A stretch of 29,664 nucleotides of DNA from IMG/VR virus record IMGVR_UViG_3300011339_000132, positions 1 through 29,664 of that record; one strand, given 5' to 3'. Below the pieces are notes generated by a model. That model saw nothing but the letters and a program-made list of their open reading frames with translations, was not told the origin of the DNA and did not search any database. A program made the translations under genes and the position numbers. How positions within the stretch are numbered: position 1 is the stretch's first letter; each line of letters starts with the position of its first letter. This document shows positions 16,882 through 27,108 of this stretch, piece by piece. This DNA is from a virus. Lineage: Duplodnaviria; Caudoviricetes.

Positions 16882-16933
16882 ACACACCTTTGGTGGTATG
16901 TCAAATACTTGACATGTGCTACCATTTATGTCT
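16881..16933 (+). promoter_or_regulatory. Putative leaderless portal promoter with GACAC box and palindrome
   Basis: GACACACC 16881-16888; ATGTCAA-N4-TTGACAT 16898-16915; -10 TACCAT 16920-16925. Confidence 0.55.
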
Positions 16934-18055
16934 ATGGGTCGCATTCTGCAAACATTCGGGTTACAGCCTAAGCCTTTATTAGAAGCTCAGTCTGCACCAC
17001 AAGTTCTTGGCGAGTATTCACCTTATGCAATGCCTTTCCAGTTTGCATATGTTGGCAGAACAGAAGCAATGTCCGTTCCAGCATTAGCACGATGCCGTAA
17101 TTTACTGGCTGGCACTATTGGTGCGATTCCTTTAGAGCTGTATAAAAAATCAACTAATGAAGAACTTGGCTCACCTGCATGGTTAGAGCAGCCTTCATAT
17201 TCACAGCCAAGATCAGTAACGATTGCATGGACTGTTGATTCATTATTATTTTATGGTCAAGCATTCTGGCAAGTAGTTGAAGTGTATGCAGAAGATGGCC
17301 GACCATCTCGTTTTGAATGGGTTGCTAACTCTCGCGTTACTGCAACACTAGATGCAACTAATACATTCGTTAAGTCTTACGCAGTTGATGGAACAACATT
17401 ACCAATGGATGGATTAGGTTCTCTAATCACATTCCAGTCACTTAGCGATGGCATTCTCAATACTGGCACTTCTACTATTCGTGCAGCTATTGATGTGCAA
17501 AAAGCAGCAGCTATTGCAGCGGCTACTCCAATGGCTTCTGGTTACATTAAAAACACAGGCGCAGATTTAGATCCAAAAGAAGTGCAGGGATTACTTGCTT
17601 CATGGAAAAATGCTCGTCAGAATCGCGCTACTGCATATCTCACATCTACTTTAGAATATAACCCAGTTTCATTCTCACCTAAAGACATGATGTATGGGGA
17701 AGCCATTTTCAACCTTGCGACTGAATGCGCCAGACTGTGCAATGTGCCTGCTTATTATGTTTCAGCAGACCAAAACAATTCTATGACTTATGCCAATGTG
17801 CAAGATGAGCGCAAGCAATTCCTTACACTATCTCTACAACCATTTATCACAGCTATTGAAGATCGTTTATCTATGGACGATATTACTGCTCGCGGTAATG
17901 TAGTGAAGTTTGATATTGACAAAAACTTCTTGCGTACTGACCCTATGCAAGAACTCGCAGTAATTGAAAAACTTTTATCCCTCAACCTCATCACACAGGA
18001 ACAGGCGATGGAAATGACTGATCTAACACCTAATGGAAGTCAAGGTATGCAATGA
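16934..18055 (+). CDS. HK97-type portal protein
   Basis: Homologous to 1504-2667; start set at MGRILQTFG by alignment to MGLLQTLG. Confidence 0.93.
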   Translation: MGRILQTFGLQPKPLLEAQSAPQVLGEYSPYAMPFQFAYVGRTEAMSVPALARCRNLLAGTIGAIPLELYKKSTNEELGSPAWLEQPSYSQPRSVTIAWTVDSLLFYGQAFWQVVEVYAEDGRPSRFEWVANSRVTATLDATNTFVKSYAVDGTTLPMDGLGSLITFQSLSDGILNTGTSTIRAAIDVQKAAAIAAATPMASGYIKNTGADLDPKEVQGLLASWKNARQNRATAYLTSTLEYNPVSFSPKDMMYGEAIFNLATECARLCNVPAYYVSADQNNSMTYANVQDERKQFLTLSLQPFITAIEDRLSMDDITARGNVVKFDIDKNFLRTDPMQELAVIEKLLSLNLITQEQAMEMTDLTPNGSQGMQ

Positions 18056-19602
18056 ACCAAGTAATTACCTTCTCGGCTGATTTAACAGCCGACTCAGCAA
18101 GTCGCACAGTCTCAGGCAAAATTGTGCCTCTTAATGTTGAGGCAGGCTCGACCAATATGGGCAAAGTAATCTTTGCTTCTGGCTCTATTGAGATTTCAGA
18201 CCCTAAGTCAATTAAACTTTTAAGCTCTCACGACACAAAGAAGCCTTTAGGTCGCATGGTTTCATTTAGCGAGTCAGAGAACTCCATCGATGCAGTATTT
18301 TCTGTCAGTCGTTCACAACGCGGCACAGAAGCTCTCATCCTTGCAGAAGAAGGCTTGCAGTCAGGTCTTAGCATCGGTGCAGAAGTCCTCAAGTCAAAAA
18401 TCAAGGACGGCGTGACTTATGTGTCTGCTGCTCGCTTGATTGAAGTAAGTTTAGTAACCGAGCCAGCATTCAAGTCAGCTCAGGTTACTGATATTGCAGC
18501 AGAAGAATCTGCTGTAGAAGAAACAACCCAACCAACAGAAAGCGAGACAGCCATCGTGGAAGAAACCACTTCAGCAGTCGAAGCAACACCAGTTGAAGCA
18601 CAAGCGGTTGAAACTGCTCGCCCAACTGTATCAGCAGCATATTACACAAAGCCTCGCATTGAAGTAACAGCAGCTAAGTATGCTGAAAACTCAATTCGTG
18701 CAGCACTAGGTGATGAGTCAGCTCGTCAATACCTACTAGCAGCAGACAACACAACAGACAACGCAGGTCTAGTACCAACACGCCAGTTGTCAGAAATCAT
18801 CAATCCACTTGGAACAACAATCCGTCCAAGCATTGAAGCAATCTCACGCGGGGTTCTTCCAGATGCAGGTATGACTTTTGAGATTCCAAAAATCACAGCA
18901 ATGCCAACAGTTGCAGACACAGCAGAAGATGCAGCATTCTCAGACACAGATCAGACTTCAGCGTTCTTGTCAGTAACAGTCAAGAAGTACGCTGGACAAC
19001 AGACATTCTCTGTCGAATTGCTAGATCGTACATCTCCAGCATTCTTTGATGAGCTAGTCCGCAATATGGCAGCAGCTTACGCAAAGGCAACAGATGCAGC
19101 AGTTAATGCAGCTCTCATTGCAGGTGCAACAGCAGATGCAACCACAACAGTAACTTATCCAACAGCTTCAGAGTTGCTTGGAATCGTTGCTCGCGGTTCA
19201 GCTTCTGTCTATAACGCAACACTAGGTTTGGCTAACCCATTTGCTCGCAACATGATTGTGAATACAAGCCAATGGAGCAACATCATGACACTAAATGACG
19301 GCGGGCGTCCAATCTATAACGCTTCACAGCCTATGAACGCTGGTGGATTAGTAACACCAACAGCACTACAAGGAAATGTTGCAGGACTTAACCTCTATGT
19401 AACACCAAACACAGCTTCTGGAACAGACACAGACGGCTCAATCGTCATCGTAAACCCAGATGCATACACATGGTACGAGTCACCAACATACCGCTTACGC
19501 GCTGAATCAACAGCAGCTGGTTCAGTTACTATCGGTTACTACGGCTTTGGAGCAATTGCTACTAAGGTCGCAGCAGGCGCATTCAAGAACAACAAGGCGT
19601 AA
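18052..19602 (+). CDS. Prohead protease - major capsid protein fusion
   Basis: LLSSHD, GLSIG, LIEVSLV protease motifs; acidic linker; capsid domain (DGGRPIY). Confidence 0.9.
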   Translation: MNQVITFSADLTADSASRTVSGKIVPLNVEAGSTNMGKVIFASGSIEISDPKSIKLLSSHDTKKPLGRMVSFSESENSIDAVFSVSRSQRGTEALILAEEGLQSGLSIGAEVLKSKIKDGVTYVSAARLIEVSLVTEPAFKSAQVTDIAAEESAVEETTQPTESETAIVEETTSAVEATPVEAQAVETARPTVSAAYYTKPRIEVTAAKYAENSIRAALGDESARQYLLAADNTTDNAGLVPTRQLSEIINPLGTTIRPSIEAISRGVLPDAGMTFEIPKITAMPTVADTAEDAAFSDTDQTSAFLSVTVKKYAGQQTFSVELLDRTSPAFFDELVRNMAAAYAKATDAAVNAALIAGATADATTTVTYPTASELLGIVARGSASVYNATLGLANPFARNMIVNTSQWSNIMTLNDGGRPIYNASQPMNAGGLVTPTALQGNVAGLNLYVTPNTASGTDTDGSIVIVNPDAYTWYESPTYRLRAESTAAGSVTIGYYGFGAIATKVAAGAFKNNKA

Positions 19603-19616
19603 GCCACACTAAGTCG

Positions 19617-19649
19617 CTCTGAGGGGCAGTAGCCCTCTGCCCCTCAGAG
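19617..19649 (+). terminator. Post-capsid hairpin with TAGCCCT loop
   Basis: Perfect 13-bp stem CTCTGAGGGGCAG / CTGCCCCTCAGAG followed by TCTTT. Confidence 0.7.
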
Positions 19650-19668
19650 TCTTTAGAAAGGACAAAGC

Positions 19669-20241
19669 ATGGCACTTACCACAGTTGCAGAACTCCGTAG
19701 CACTCTCGGAGTCGGTACGCTGTATCCAGATGCCACTTTGCAGGAAGTGTGTGACGCTACAGATGCAGTCCTACTTCCAATGCTATGGGCAGACACCAGT
19801 TTTAATATCGCACACAGCAACACAACTACAGTGGGCACTTTATATTTTAATGAACTCGTTAAAGACACATTTTATGTAGGTCAAACAGTTGTAGTAACTA
19901 ACAACAAATCCCATCTTAATGGATCAAAGACAATTACAGTCGTTGGCGATTACTCAATTTCTTATGCAATTACCGGCACTCCAGCAGCCGAGCCACGACA
20001 CAATGTCAATCCTTATGGAATAGTAACCGTTGCTCCATCAACCGATTGGACTGCCGATGCAGCCATTCAAAATGCAGCTTTGATGATATCTGTTGAAATC
20101 TGGCAAGCCCGAACCGCTACCCTTTCAGGTTCTAACTTGGTCGATTTCCAGCCAAGCCCTTACCGAATGAGCGCACAGCTTCTCGCTAAGGTGCGAGGAT
20201 TGATAGCACACGCACTAGACCCTCGCTCGATGGTGGGATAA
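19669..20241 (+). CDS. Head-tail adaptor with inserted beta-rich domain
   Basis: Homologous to 4369-5022; SD AAAGGA. Confidence 0.75.
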   Translation: MALTTVAELRSTLGVGTLYPDATLQEVCDATDAVLLPMLWADTSFNIAHSNTTTVGTLYFNELVKDTFYVGQTVVVTNNKSHLNGSKTITVVGDYSISYAITGTPAAEPRHNVNPYGIVTVAPSTDWTADAAIQNAALMISVEIWQARTATLSGSNLVDFQPSPYRMSAQLLAKVRGLIAHALDPRSMVG

Positions 20242-20633
20242 TGACAGTTGCTATCACTACACTTAGAACGACACTTGCCACAGCTCTAGTCGATAACTCA
20301 AAATGGCAGACCTTTGCATTCCCGCCTGCCACAGTTTTGGCTAACTCGGTTATTGTCAGTCCCGATGACCCATACCTGACACCTAACAATAATCAGCACA
20401 TCACCATAAGCCCAACGGCTAATTTTAAGATTATTATTACAGTGCCTTTATTCGATAATGAAGGCAACCTTAATGGCATTGAAGATTTCGTAGTGCGAGT
20501 GTTTAACCTGCTCGCTGCATCATCTCTGGTCTATAATGTAAGCGCAATTAGCGCACCTAGTGTTCTCAATGCTGCGTCTGGAGACTTACTCAGCTGCGAG
20601 ATGTCCATAAATATATTAACGAGTTGGGGATAA
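20241..20633 (+). CDS. Tail terminator / completion-like protein
   Basis: Homologous to 5023-5415. Confidence 0.6.
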   Translation: MTVAITTLRTTLATALVDNSKWQTFAFPPATVLANSVIVSPDDPYLTPNNNQHITISPTANFKIIITVPLFDNEGNLNGIEDFVVRVFNLLAASSLVYNVSAISAPSVLNAASGDLLSCEMSINILTSWG

Positions 20634-20634
20634 T

Positions 20635-20736
20635 ATGTCCGAGTGGGAAAAAGAAAATGCAGACTTCCTGAAGAAAATCGGGCAAGTTAGCGAACCAGCA
20701 CCAAAGCCAGCACCTACTAAGAAAGATGAGGAATAA
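20635..20736 (+). CDS. 33-aa micro-protein (MSEWEKENADFLKKIGQ...)
   Basis: Syntenic with 5419-5532 and sharing its motif. Confidence 0.75.
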   Translation: MSEWEKENADFLKKIGQVSEPAPKPAPTKKDEE

Positions 20737-20741
20737 TCCTA

Positions 20742-21161
20742 ATGGCTGTATTTCTAAATAATAATGTCGGCGTTAAGATTAACTCAGTTGATCTTAGCGA
20801 CCATGTCACAGCAGTAACAATCAACCGTTCATTTGATGAGCTAGAAGTCACCGCAATGGGTGACACAGCACACAAGTTCGTTAAGGGCTTGGAAGCATCA
20901 ACAGTTACTATTGATTTCCTTAATGACACAGCATCAGCGAATGTTCTTGCAACATTGCAAGCTGCATGGGGAACAACAGTTACAGCAGTATTCCTTCAAA
21001 CAAAGGGAACAGCAGTATCTGCAACCAATCCTCTTTACACAGTCTCATTGCTAATCAATAACACAACTGACATCAATGGCGCAGTCGGTGATATTGGCAC
21101 ACAGTCAATCACTTTTACTGCTAACTCAACAGTTGCAGTAGCTACATCAGGTTCATTCTAA
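20742..21161 (+). CDS. Major tail (tube) protein
   Basis: Homologous to 5538-5954. Confidence 0.8.
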   Translation: MAVFLNNNVGVKINSVDLSDHVTAVTINRSFDELEVTAMGDTAHKFVKGLEASTVTIDFLNDTASANVLATLQAAWGTTVTAVFLQTKGTAVSATNPLYTVSLLINNTTDINGAVGDIGTQSITFTANSTVAVATSGSF

Positions 21162-21184
21162 ACAATTAAACAAAGGGGCTAAAC

Positions 21185-21442
21185 ATGGCAAAACTAAAGA
21201 TAGTTCGAACAGATGGAAGCGTGGTCGAGGGTGAGATTACTCCAGCAGTGGAGTATGCATTCGAGCAATTCGCTAAAAAGGGTTTTCATAAGGCTTTTCG
21301 TGATGATGAGAAGCAGTCGGATGTCTATTGGATTGCATGGGAAGTCCTACGCCGTTCAGGTGAGACGGTTAAGCCTTTTGGGCTTGAGTTCATCGAAACA
21401 CTCAAAAGTGTTGAGGTGCTTGACTCAGACCCTTTGTCTTAA
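21185..21442 (+). CDS. Tail assembly chaperone (G-like)
   Basis: Homologous to 5979-6236; slippery heptamer CCCTTTG at 21430-21436. Confidence 0.75.
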   Translation: MAKLKIVRTDGSVVEGEITPAVEYAFEQFAKKGFHKAFRDDEKQSDVYWIAWEVLRRSGETVKPFGLEFIETLKSVEVLDSDPLS

Positions 21443-21612
21443 AGCGCGATCTCCCGTTCACTTACCTCATTGCTAGGCTAAGCATAAGGTTGGGAATCGC
21501 GCCACAGCAGTTATTAGAATTAGACCCAGTAATGCTCCAAGCCTTATTGCAAGGTCTTAAAGATGAAGCAAAGGAGATTCAAGATGCCAGTAAGCGTAAA
21601 GGGCGGTATTGA
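21430..21612 (+). CDS. Tail assembly chaperone -1 frame extension (T-like)
   Basis: PFVLKRDLPFTYLIARLSIRLGIAPQ...; no start codon before the conserved part. Confidence 0.75.
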   Translation, partial: PFVLKRDLPFTYLIARLSIRLGIAPQQLLELDPVMLQALLQGLKDEAKEIQDASKRKGRY

Positions 21613-22264
21613 ACTCCGCAAGGCTTTAAAACAATTTACGCCTGATCTTGCTAAAGAAACTCAAAAAGAGTTGGGTTTGATTTTAAAACCGATTACAGCT
21701 AAGGCGCGTGGATTTATACCCTCAACCACACCTTTAAGTGGTTGGGCTAAAAGCAGTTCAACTAAATGGGGAACAGATCGTATTTGGAGTTCTGGAACCG
21801 CAAAGCGTGGAATTGGATTCAAAGCCACACCATCAAAGCCTAATCGTTCTGGATGGCGTTCTTTGGCTCGCATTGTCAATGCATCAGCAGCTGGTGCAAT
21901 TTATGAGACTGCAGGTCGCAAAAATCCTAATGGCAGACCTCAGGCAAAAATGCAGGAAGTGGTTATTCCTACTTTTCGTGCTGATACTGGAGCGGGCGAA
22001 CGCCGTTATATGACTTCTACTGGTAAAAATTATGGTAAAAGCAATAACCCTAATGCTGGCCAACAGTTTGTTGATGCTCTGAATAATACAGGCAAGATAG
22101 TTGATGCTTATCAGCGCGGAGCAGGCGAAGCTGGAAGAGCCTCACGCAAAATGAAAGGTCGCGCAATCTTTCGGGCATGGAAAGAAGATGAAGGCAAGGC
22201 CACGGCAGCAGTTATTAAAGCCATTGAAAAGTCACGCGATAAATTAGAAGCGAGGGTTGGCTAA
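21584..22264 (+). CDS. Virion morphogenesis protein, possibly HK97 gp10-like
   Basis: SD AAGGAG before ATG 21584; homologous to 6378-7088. Confidence 0.55.
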   Translation: MPVSVKGGIELRKALKQFTPDLAKETQKELGLILKPITAKARGFIPSTTPLSGWAKSSSTKWGTDRIWSSGTAKRGIGFKATPSKPNRSGWRSLARIVNASAAGAIYETAGRKNPNGRPQAKMQEVVIPTFRADTGAGERRYMTSTGKNYGKSNNPNAGQQFVDALNNTGKIVDAYQRGAGEAGRASRKMKGRAIFRAWKEDEGKATAAVIKAIEKSRDKLEARVG

Positions 22265-23877
22265 TGGCTACTGATGTAAAAATTGATATAGCGGCAGAGT
22301 TCACTGGCAAAAAGGCTTTTAAGCAAGCAGAGACTGCAACCGATAAACTTAATAAAGGTGTGTCTAACCTTGCCAAAGGTGTTATTGCTGCATTCAGCGT
22401 AGGCAAAGTATTGGCTTTCTCTAAGGCATCAATTAAAGCAGCAGCAGCTGATCAGAAGGCTCAACAGCAACTAGCACTAGCTCTTAAAAATGTTGGTCTC
22501 GGTAGAGATGCAGCAACGGCTGAAGGATATATCCAACGCCTTCAGAGTGAGTTTGGCATAGTTGATGACAAGTTGCGTCCTGCTTATCAAGTTTTGGCTA
22601 TTGCTACACGCAATACTGCTGAGTCTCAAAGACTTATGGGCATTGCGATGGACGTCAGTGCTGCAAGTGGTATCGATTTACAATCAGTCTCAAAAGCATT
22701 AAGCAAGGCATATTTAGGCAATAACACTGCCTTGTCTAAATTAGGTGTTGGAATATCTAAGGCAGACCTTAAAACTAAATCTTTTAAGGAAATCACAGAT
22801 CAGTTATCCCTTACCTTTGCTGGTGCTGCAACAGAAGCTGCAAGTGGTTATCAAGGCTCATTAGATAAACTCACCGTTGCTTCCAATAATTTTAAAGAAT
22901 CTATTGGCGTTGGCTTAATTGAAGCCCTACAGATTCTTTCAGGTGATCAAGGACTTGGTGCAGCAACATCTGCTTTTGAAAAATATGGCCAAAAAATTTC
23001 AGATGCCACAGTAGGCACAGCTTATTTATTAAATGAATTGAAGAAGATTCCAGGTGCTTCACTGGCTTTAGGTCTGCTTAGTGACCCTCTTGGTATCAAT
23101 AGTCTGCTTAATGCAGCTCAGGCATTCAAGCAACAGCCAAGACCGTTCAAAACCCCTATGACTATTTCAGGTCAAGTTGAAAAGAAAACATCAAGTTCTG
23201 CTCAAAACAAGCTTGCTAAAGAGACTCTTAAGGTCAATAAAGACAGTCTTAAACTGGCTAAAGCTAAAGCAATCTTTGACCTACAAAAGATTCAGATTGA
23301 AGCCGCCCTCAAGGGTAAGATTTCAGAAGAAGAACGCATTCGCCTTAAGCTCATGCAGGCTATTGAAAATGAGAACATTGACCAGATTGACAAATACACC
23401 AAGCAACTGGATGAAGCTCAAAAGAATACTGAAAAGTTAGTTGCGACTCTTCAAAGCATTAAGCCTTTGGATGACATATTCAAGAATTGGTCATTTATGG
23501 GAGTCCAGCAGCAACTGGCCACACTTTCCAGTTATTTCAATAACTTTGCTGGATCAGCGGCTTCAGCCTTTGCTTCTTTAGGTTCAGCACAAAAGGCTGC
23601 ACTTGGTGGCTATGTGCCATTCGTAGGTGCAACCAATGCATCACTTGGCATCACTTCAACTGGTGGCAATACAACATCAATGCCATCAACAGTAGGCTTG
23701 GGAACTAACGGCACTGGCAATCAACTGCCAGCAGGCGTCACGATTAACACGACTGTTCAAGGTTCAGTCATTGTAGAAAATGACCTTAATGAAGCAATCA
23801 ATAAAGCGTTGGCAGCTTCAGGATGGGCTGGCACAGCTATTGGATATAATCGTCAAGCAGTCATAACGGCGATATAA
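22264..23877 (+). CDS. Tape measure protein (short, 537 aa)
   Basis: Homologous N-terminal half to 7088-8968. Confidence 0.85.
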   Translation: MATDVKIDIAAEFTGKKAFKQAETATDKLNKGVSNLAKGVIAAFSVGKVLAFSKASIKAAAADQKAQQQLALALKNVGLGRDAATAEGYIQRLQSEFGIVDDKLRPAYQVLAIATRNTAESQRLMGIAMDVSAASGIDLQSVSKALSKAYLGNNTALSKLGVGISKADLKTKSFKEITDQLSLTFAGAATEAASGYQGSLDKLTVASNNFKESIGVGLIEALQILSGDQGLGAATSAFEKYGQKISDATVGTAYLLNELKKIPGASLALGLLSDPLGINSLLNAAQAFKQQPRPFKTPMTISGQVEKKTSSSAQNKLAKETLKVNKDSLKLAKAKAIFDLQKIQIEAALKGKISEEERIRLKLMQAIENENIDQIDKYTKQLDEAQKNTEKLVATLQSIKPLDDIFKNWSFMGVQQQLATLSSYFNNFAGSAASAFASLGSAQKAALGGYVPFVGATNASLGITSTGGNTTSMPSTVGLGTNGTGNQLPAGVTINTTVQGSVIVENDLNEAINKALAASGWAGTAIGYNRQAVITAI

Positions 23878-25124
23878 TGGCATTACCAGCAACCCTTACG
23901 GTATCGATTAACTTTGCTAATGGCCCAGCATACGGCATCCCATTTACTTTAGATGATCCGGCTAAAGGTATTCTTGGCACGAATGTATTAGCCGATAATG
24001 CTGCTTTGGTTATTGACTATTCAACATCGACTACTAACATTGCTATTCGCAGAGGTCGCAATGTATTGCAGGATACATACGATGCTGGTCAGGCAACCGT
24101 CAAAATCTTAGACCCTAACGGTGATTTCAATCCTCAAAATACATCATCACCGATTTATGGTTATTTACAACCAGCTAGAAAACTACGCATCTCTGCTAAC
24201 TATGCTGGCACTGAGTATTACCTATTCTCAGGCTATACAGCCGATTATCGCTACACTTTCCCACAAGGTCAAGAAACTGCTTATGTCACCATTACAGCCT
24301 TTGATGCCTTTAAGATATTCAACACGTCAGCCATCACTACGGTTACTGGATCAGCAGCAGGTCAAACTACTGGCACACGCATAGGCAAGATTCTGGACAC
24401 AATTAGCTGGCCAGCAACTATGCGAGATATTGATACAGGCCAGACCACCTGTCAGGCAGACCCAGCAACCTCTAGAGCAGCCCTCACAGCCCTTAAGACA
24501 GTCGAATTGACTGAGTATGGCGCTTTCTATATCGACCCTGCTGGCAACGCTGTATTCCAAGACAGAGCCTTCACAACGGCATCTATTGGCGGTACTCCAA
24601 CAGTCTTTAACCAGACTGGCACAGGCATTTCTTATGCCAATGTCAAGTTTGCCTTTGATGACAAGCTGGTCTATAACCAAGCCAACATCCAGCGCACAGG
24701 CGGTACTACTCAGACTGCTAGCGATACTACGTCCATTGACACTTATTTCTTGCACTCCTACACACAGCAGAACCTGCTTATGGAGACTGACGCTGAAGCT
24801 CTTAATTTTGCTAAGGCTTATGTGGCATCTCGCAAGGACACCAGCATCCGCATTGATGCTTTAACTTTAGACCTAATGACTCCAAGTTATTCAGCAGGGG
24901 TTACAGCAGCTCTAAGCCTTGATTACTTTGACCCAGTTACTATTACTAACACCACAGACAACGGATCAACAATAACTAAGACCCTACAGGTTCAAGGCGT
25001 CAGTCATGATATAACCCCTAATTCATGGCTAACGACATTTACAACATTAGAGCCAATAATCGATGGCTTTATTCTCGATTCGACATTATACGGTATCCTA
25101 GGGGTATCGTCTTTTAGTTACTAA
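23877..25124 (+). CDS. Tail tip / hub minor tail protein
   Basis: Homologous to 8965-10203. Confidence 0.7.
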   Translation: MALPATLTVSINFANGPAYGIPFTLDDPAKGILGTNVLADNAALVIDYSTSTTNIAIRRGRNVLQDTYDAGQATVKILDPNGDFNPQNTSSPIYGYLQPARKLRISANYAGTEYYLFSGYTADYRYTFPQGQETAYVTITAFDAFKIFNTSAITTVTGSAAGQTTGTRIGKILDTISWPATMRDIDTGQTTCQADPATSRAALTALKTVELTEYGAFYIDPAGNAVFQDRAFTTASIGGTPTVFNQTGTGISYANVKFAFDDKLVYNQANIQRTGGTTQTASDTTSIDTYFLHSYTQQNLLMETDAEALNFAKAYVASRKDTSIRIDALTLDLMTPSYSAGVTAALSLDYFDPVTITNTTDNGSTITKTLQVQGVSHDITPNSWLTTFTTLEPIIDGFILDSTLYGILGVSSFSY

Positions 25125-25133
25125 GGAGCAATA

Positions 25134-25952
25134 ATGGCAGGAGCAGGCTACAAGCTGTTTAGCACTGGAGATGTGCTATCGGCAAGCGATGTTAATACTT
25201 ATTTACAGCAACAGACAGTTATGGTCTTTGCTAGTGCAGCAGCGCGTACAACTGCTCTTGCAAGCGTTCTCGCAGAAGGAATGGTCACATACCTTAAAGA
25301 CACAGATGTAGTGGAAATCTACACAGGTGCTGCTTGGGTCTCACTTGATGATCCAAACGCAATCCAGAACTCAATCGTGGATGCTAAGGGCGACATCATT
25401 ACAGCAACTGCTGATAACACACCAGCACGCTTAGCAGTAGGAACCAACGGCCAAACACTTGTGGCGGATAGTTCCACTGCAACAGGCTTAAAATGGGCAA
25501 CAGTTTCATCAAGTCCAACATACAAAGGCGTTAGATTGACTGCAAGTTCTGACCCTTCTATTGCCAATGCTACTTTTGTTGCTACTACTTGGGATACAGA
25601 AACTTATGATACGGATTCATTTCATAGCACTTCAAGTAATACTTCTAGAATTACAATCCCTACTGGTTTAGGTGGCTATTACAATATTGAAATTGCAATT
25701 AACTGGGCTGCTGCTGGTTCTGGTGCTTTTTATACTTCAATATATAAAAATGGTTCTTTAGTTTCGGGAACTTATGGGGGATATGATACTTCTCAAAGAA
25801 GTCCAATGTATTATTCATCAACATTAAATCTTTCTGCTGGAGATTATATTGAAGCATATGTTCAACAAAACTCAGGCGGTAGCAAGCAATATGGCTCAAA
25901 CGCTAATTACACAGGTATGAGTTATTTCCAAGCCACATATTTAGGAGCATAA
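25134..25952 (+). CDS. Tail fibre / receptor-binding protein with C1q/TNF-like C-terminal domain
   Basis: Shared N-terminus with A; WDTETYDT...SRITIP...GYY and LSAGDYIE pattern. Confidence 0.72.
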   Translation: MAGAGYKLFSTGDVLSASDVNTYLQQQTVMVFASAAARTTALASVLAEGMVTYLKDTDVVEIYTGAAWVSLDDPNAIQNSIVDAKGDIITATADNTPARLAVGTNGQTLVADSSTATGLKWATVSSSPTYKGVRLTASSDPSIANATFVATTWDTETYDTDSFHSTSSNTSRITIPTGLGGYYNIEIAINWAAAGSGAFYTSIYKNGSLVSGTYGGYDTSQRSPMYYSSTLNLSAGDYIEAYVQQNSGGSKQYGSNANYTGMSYFQATYLGA

Positions 25953-25955
25953 ACT

Positions 25956-26129
25956 ATGTCACTTTATGACAAAATAATTGCAGCACTTCCAGAATTAGCC
26001 GATATGCCTTCAGAGTTTCAACATAAAGGTTCAATAACTTTACGAGATGATTCTGATGGATTAGGTGAATACATTGAGCGTTGGGAATACTCCAAGCCAA
26101 TTCCTAACGGCCTTAAACTGGGCAAATAG
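25956..26129 (+). CDS. 57-aa XkdW-like putative fibre chaperone
   Basis: SD AGGAG; LRDDSDGLGEYIERWEYSKPIP motif. Confidence 0.65.
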   Translation: MSLYDKIIAALPELADMPSEFQHKGSITLRDDSDGLGEYIERWEYSKPIPNGLKLGK

Positions 26130-26156
26130 TGGAACACTTGACTGAGATGATTACTC

Positions 26157-26588
26157 ATGAAGCCGCGTTTATCTAAAGCTGCTATTCAGTTACGGGAGCA
26201 GATAGATGATTCCTTCTCGGATCGTGACAGAGCAAGTGACGGCTGGCTCGGTGATAGCCGACACGCTTCTCGCAAGTCTGATCATAATCCAGATGAGCAA
26301 GGCTGGGTTCGTGCCATTGACATTGATGCAGACTTATTCGGTGCAGGAGTCAAACCGCATATCATGCCAGACCTTGCGGATCAGCTTCGAATCAGTTGCA
26401 AGTCTAAGGCAGAAAAGCGCATCTCGTACATTATATTTAACGGCAGGATTGCGTCTCCCATCCTTAACTGGAAGTGGCGCAAATACACAGGGGCTAACAA
26501 ACACACTCACCACATGCATGTCAGTTTTAAAAAAGAAGCTGACCTTCTGGGTGAGTTTTTTCAGATACCTATGCTAGGAGCAAACTAA
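26157..26588 (+). CDS. Endolysin, M15-like Zn peptidase of a different subfamily from A
   Basis: SDHNP...RAIDID and HTHHMHVS metal-ligand motifs; lysin position. Confidence 0.7.
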   Translation: MKPRLSKAAIQLREQIDDSFSDRDRASDGWLGDSRHASRKSDHNPDEQGWVRAIDIDADLFGAGVKPHIMPDLADQLRISCKSKAEKRISYIIFNGRIASPILNWKWRKYTGANKHTHHMHVSFKKEADLLGEFFQIPMLGAN

Positions 26589-26728
26589 TGAATATGAAGA
26601 ACCCTTATGTCCTTACTGCCGGAGCATTCCTATCAGCTTGGGCTGCTACTAACTTTGCAGCTGACTATCGTGCAATTCTTTGGGCTGTCCTTGCTGGTGT
26701 CTTTGGATATGCGACTCCTAAAAAGTGA
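26588..26728 (+). CDS. Putative holin (46 aa)
   Basis: SD AGGAG, two hydrophobic segments, PKK end. Confidence 0.65.
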   Translation: MNMKNPYVLTAGAFLSAWAATNFAADYRAILWAVLAGVFGYATPKK

Positions 26729-26874
26729 CACAATCCGACTTCTTCACGCTCTACCTAGCAACGCTGGCAATAGTCGGTGGCTTGTCTGGGTATGTAATCA
26801 CCCACTTGTTGTCTGAGATTAAAAGACTCAACACGCGAGTCGATGAAATCTACAACATCTTACTAGACAGGTAA
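26725..26874 (+). CDS. Single-TM membrane protein (49 aa)
   Basis: GTGA overlap; homologous to 12628-12843. Confidence 0.7.
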   Translation: MTQSDFFTLYLATLAIVGGLSGYVITHLLSEIKRLNTRVDEIYNILLDR

Positions 26875-26883
26875 CATTCTGCT

Positions 26884-27108
26884 ATGGCAAGAAAAGCAAC
26901 TAAGGCATTAGAGGATCAAGGTTACTCAAAGCTAGATGCTTATTGCATTGGGCTTTATGAGTATTTCTGTAGTCTTAAAAGAGCAGGCTTCAAAGAAGAT
27001 GTAGCCATGTTCATGATTACTGAGCCTAATGCTTACCCTGCATGGATATTGCCTAACCCTGTCGATCCAGAGAAGTTCGGCAACTACGAAGATGAGGACG
27101 ATGACTAA
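26884..27108 (+). CDS. Hypothetical protein with acidic tail, probably leaderless
   Basis: -10-like TAACAT 6 nt upstream of ATG; absent from A. Confidence 0.7.
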   Translation: MARKATKALEDQGYSKLDAYCIGLYEYFCSLKRAGFKEDVAMFMITEPNAYPAWILPNPVDPEKFGNYEDEDDD

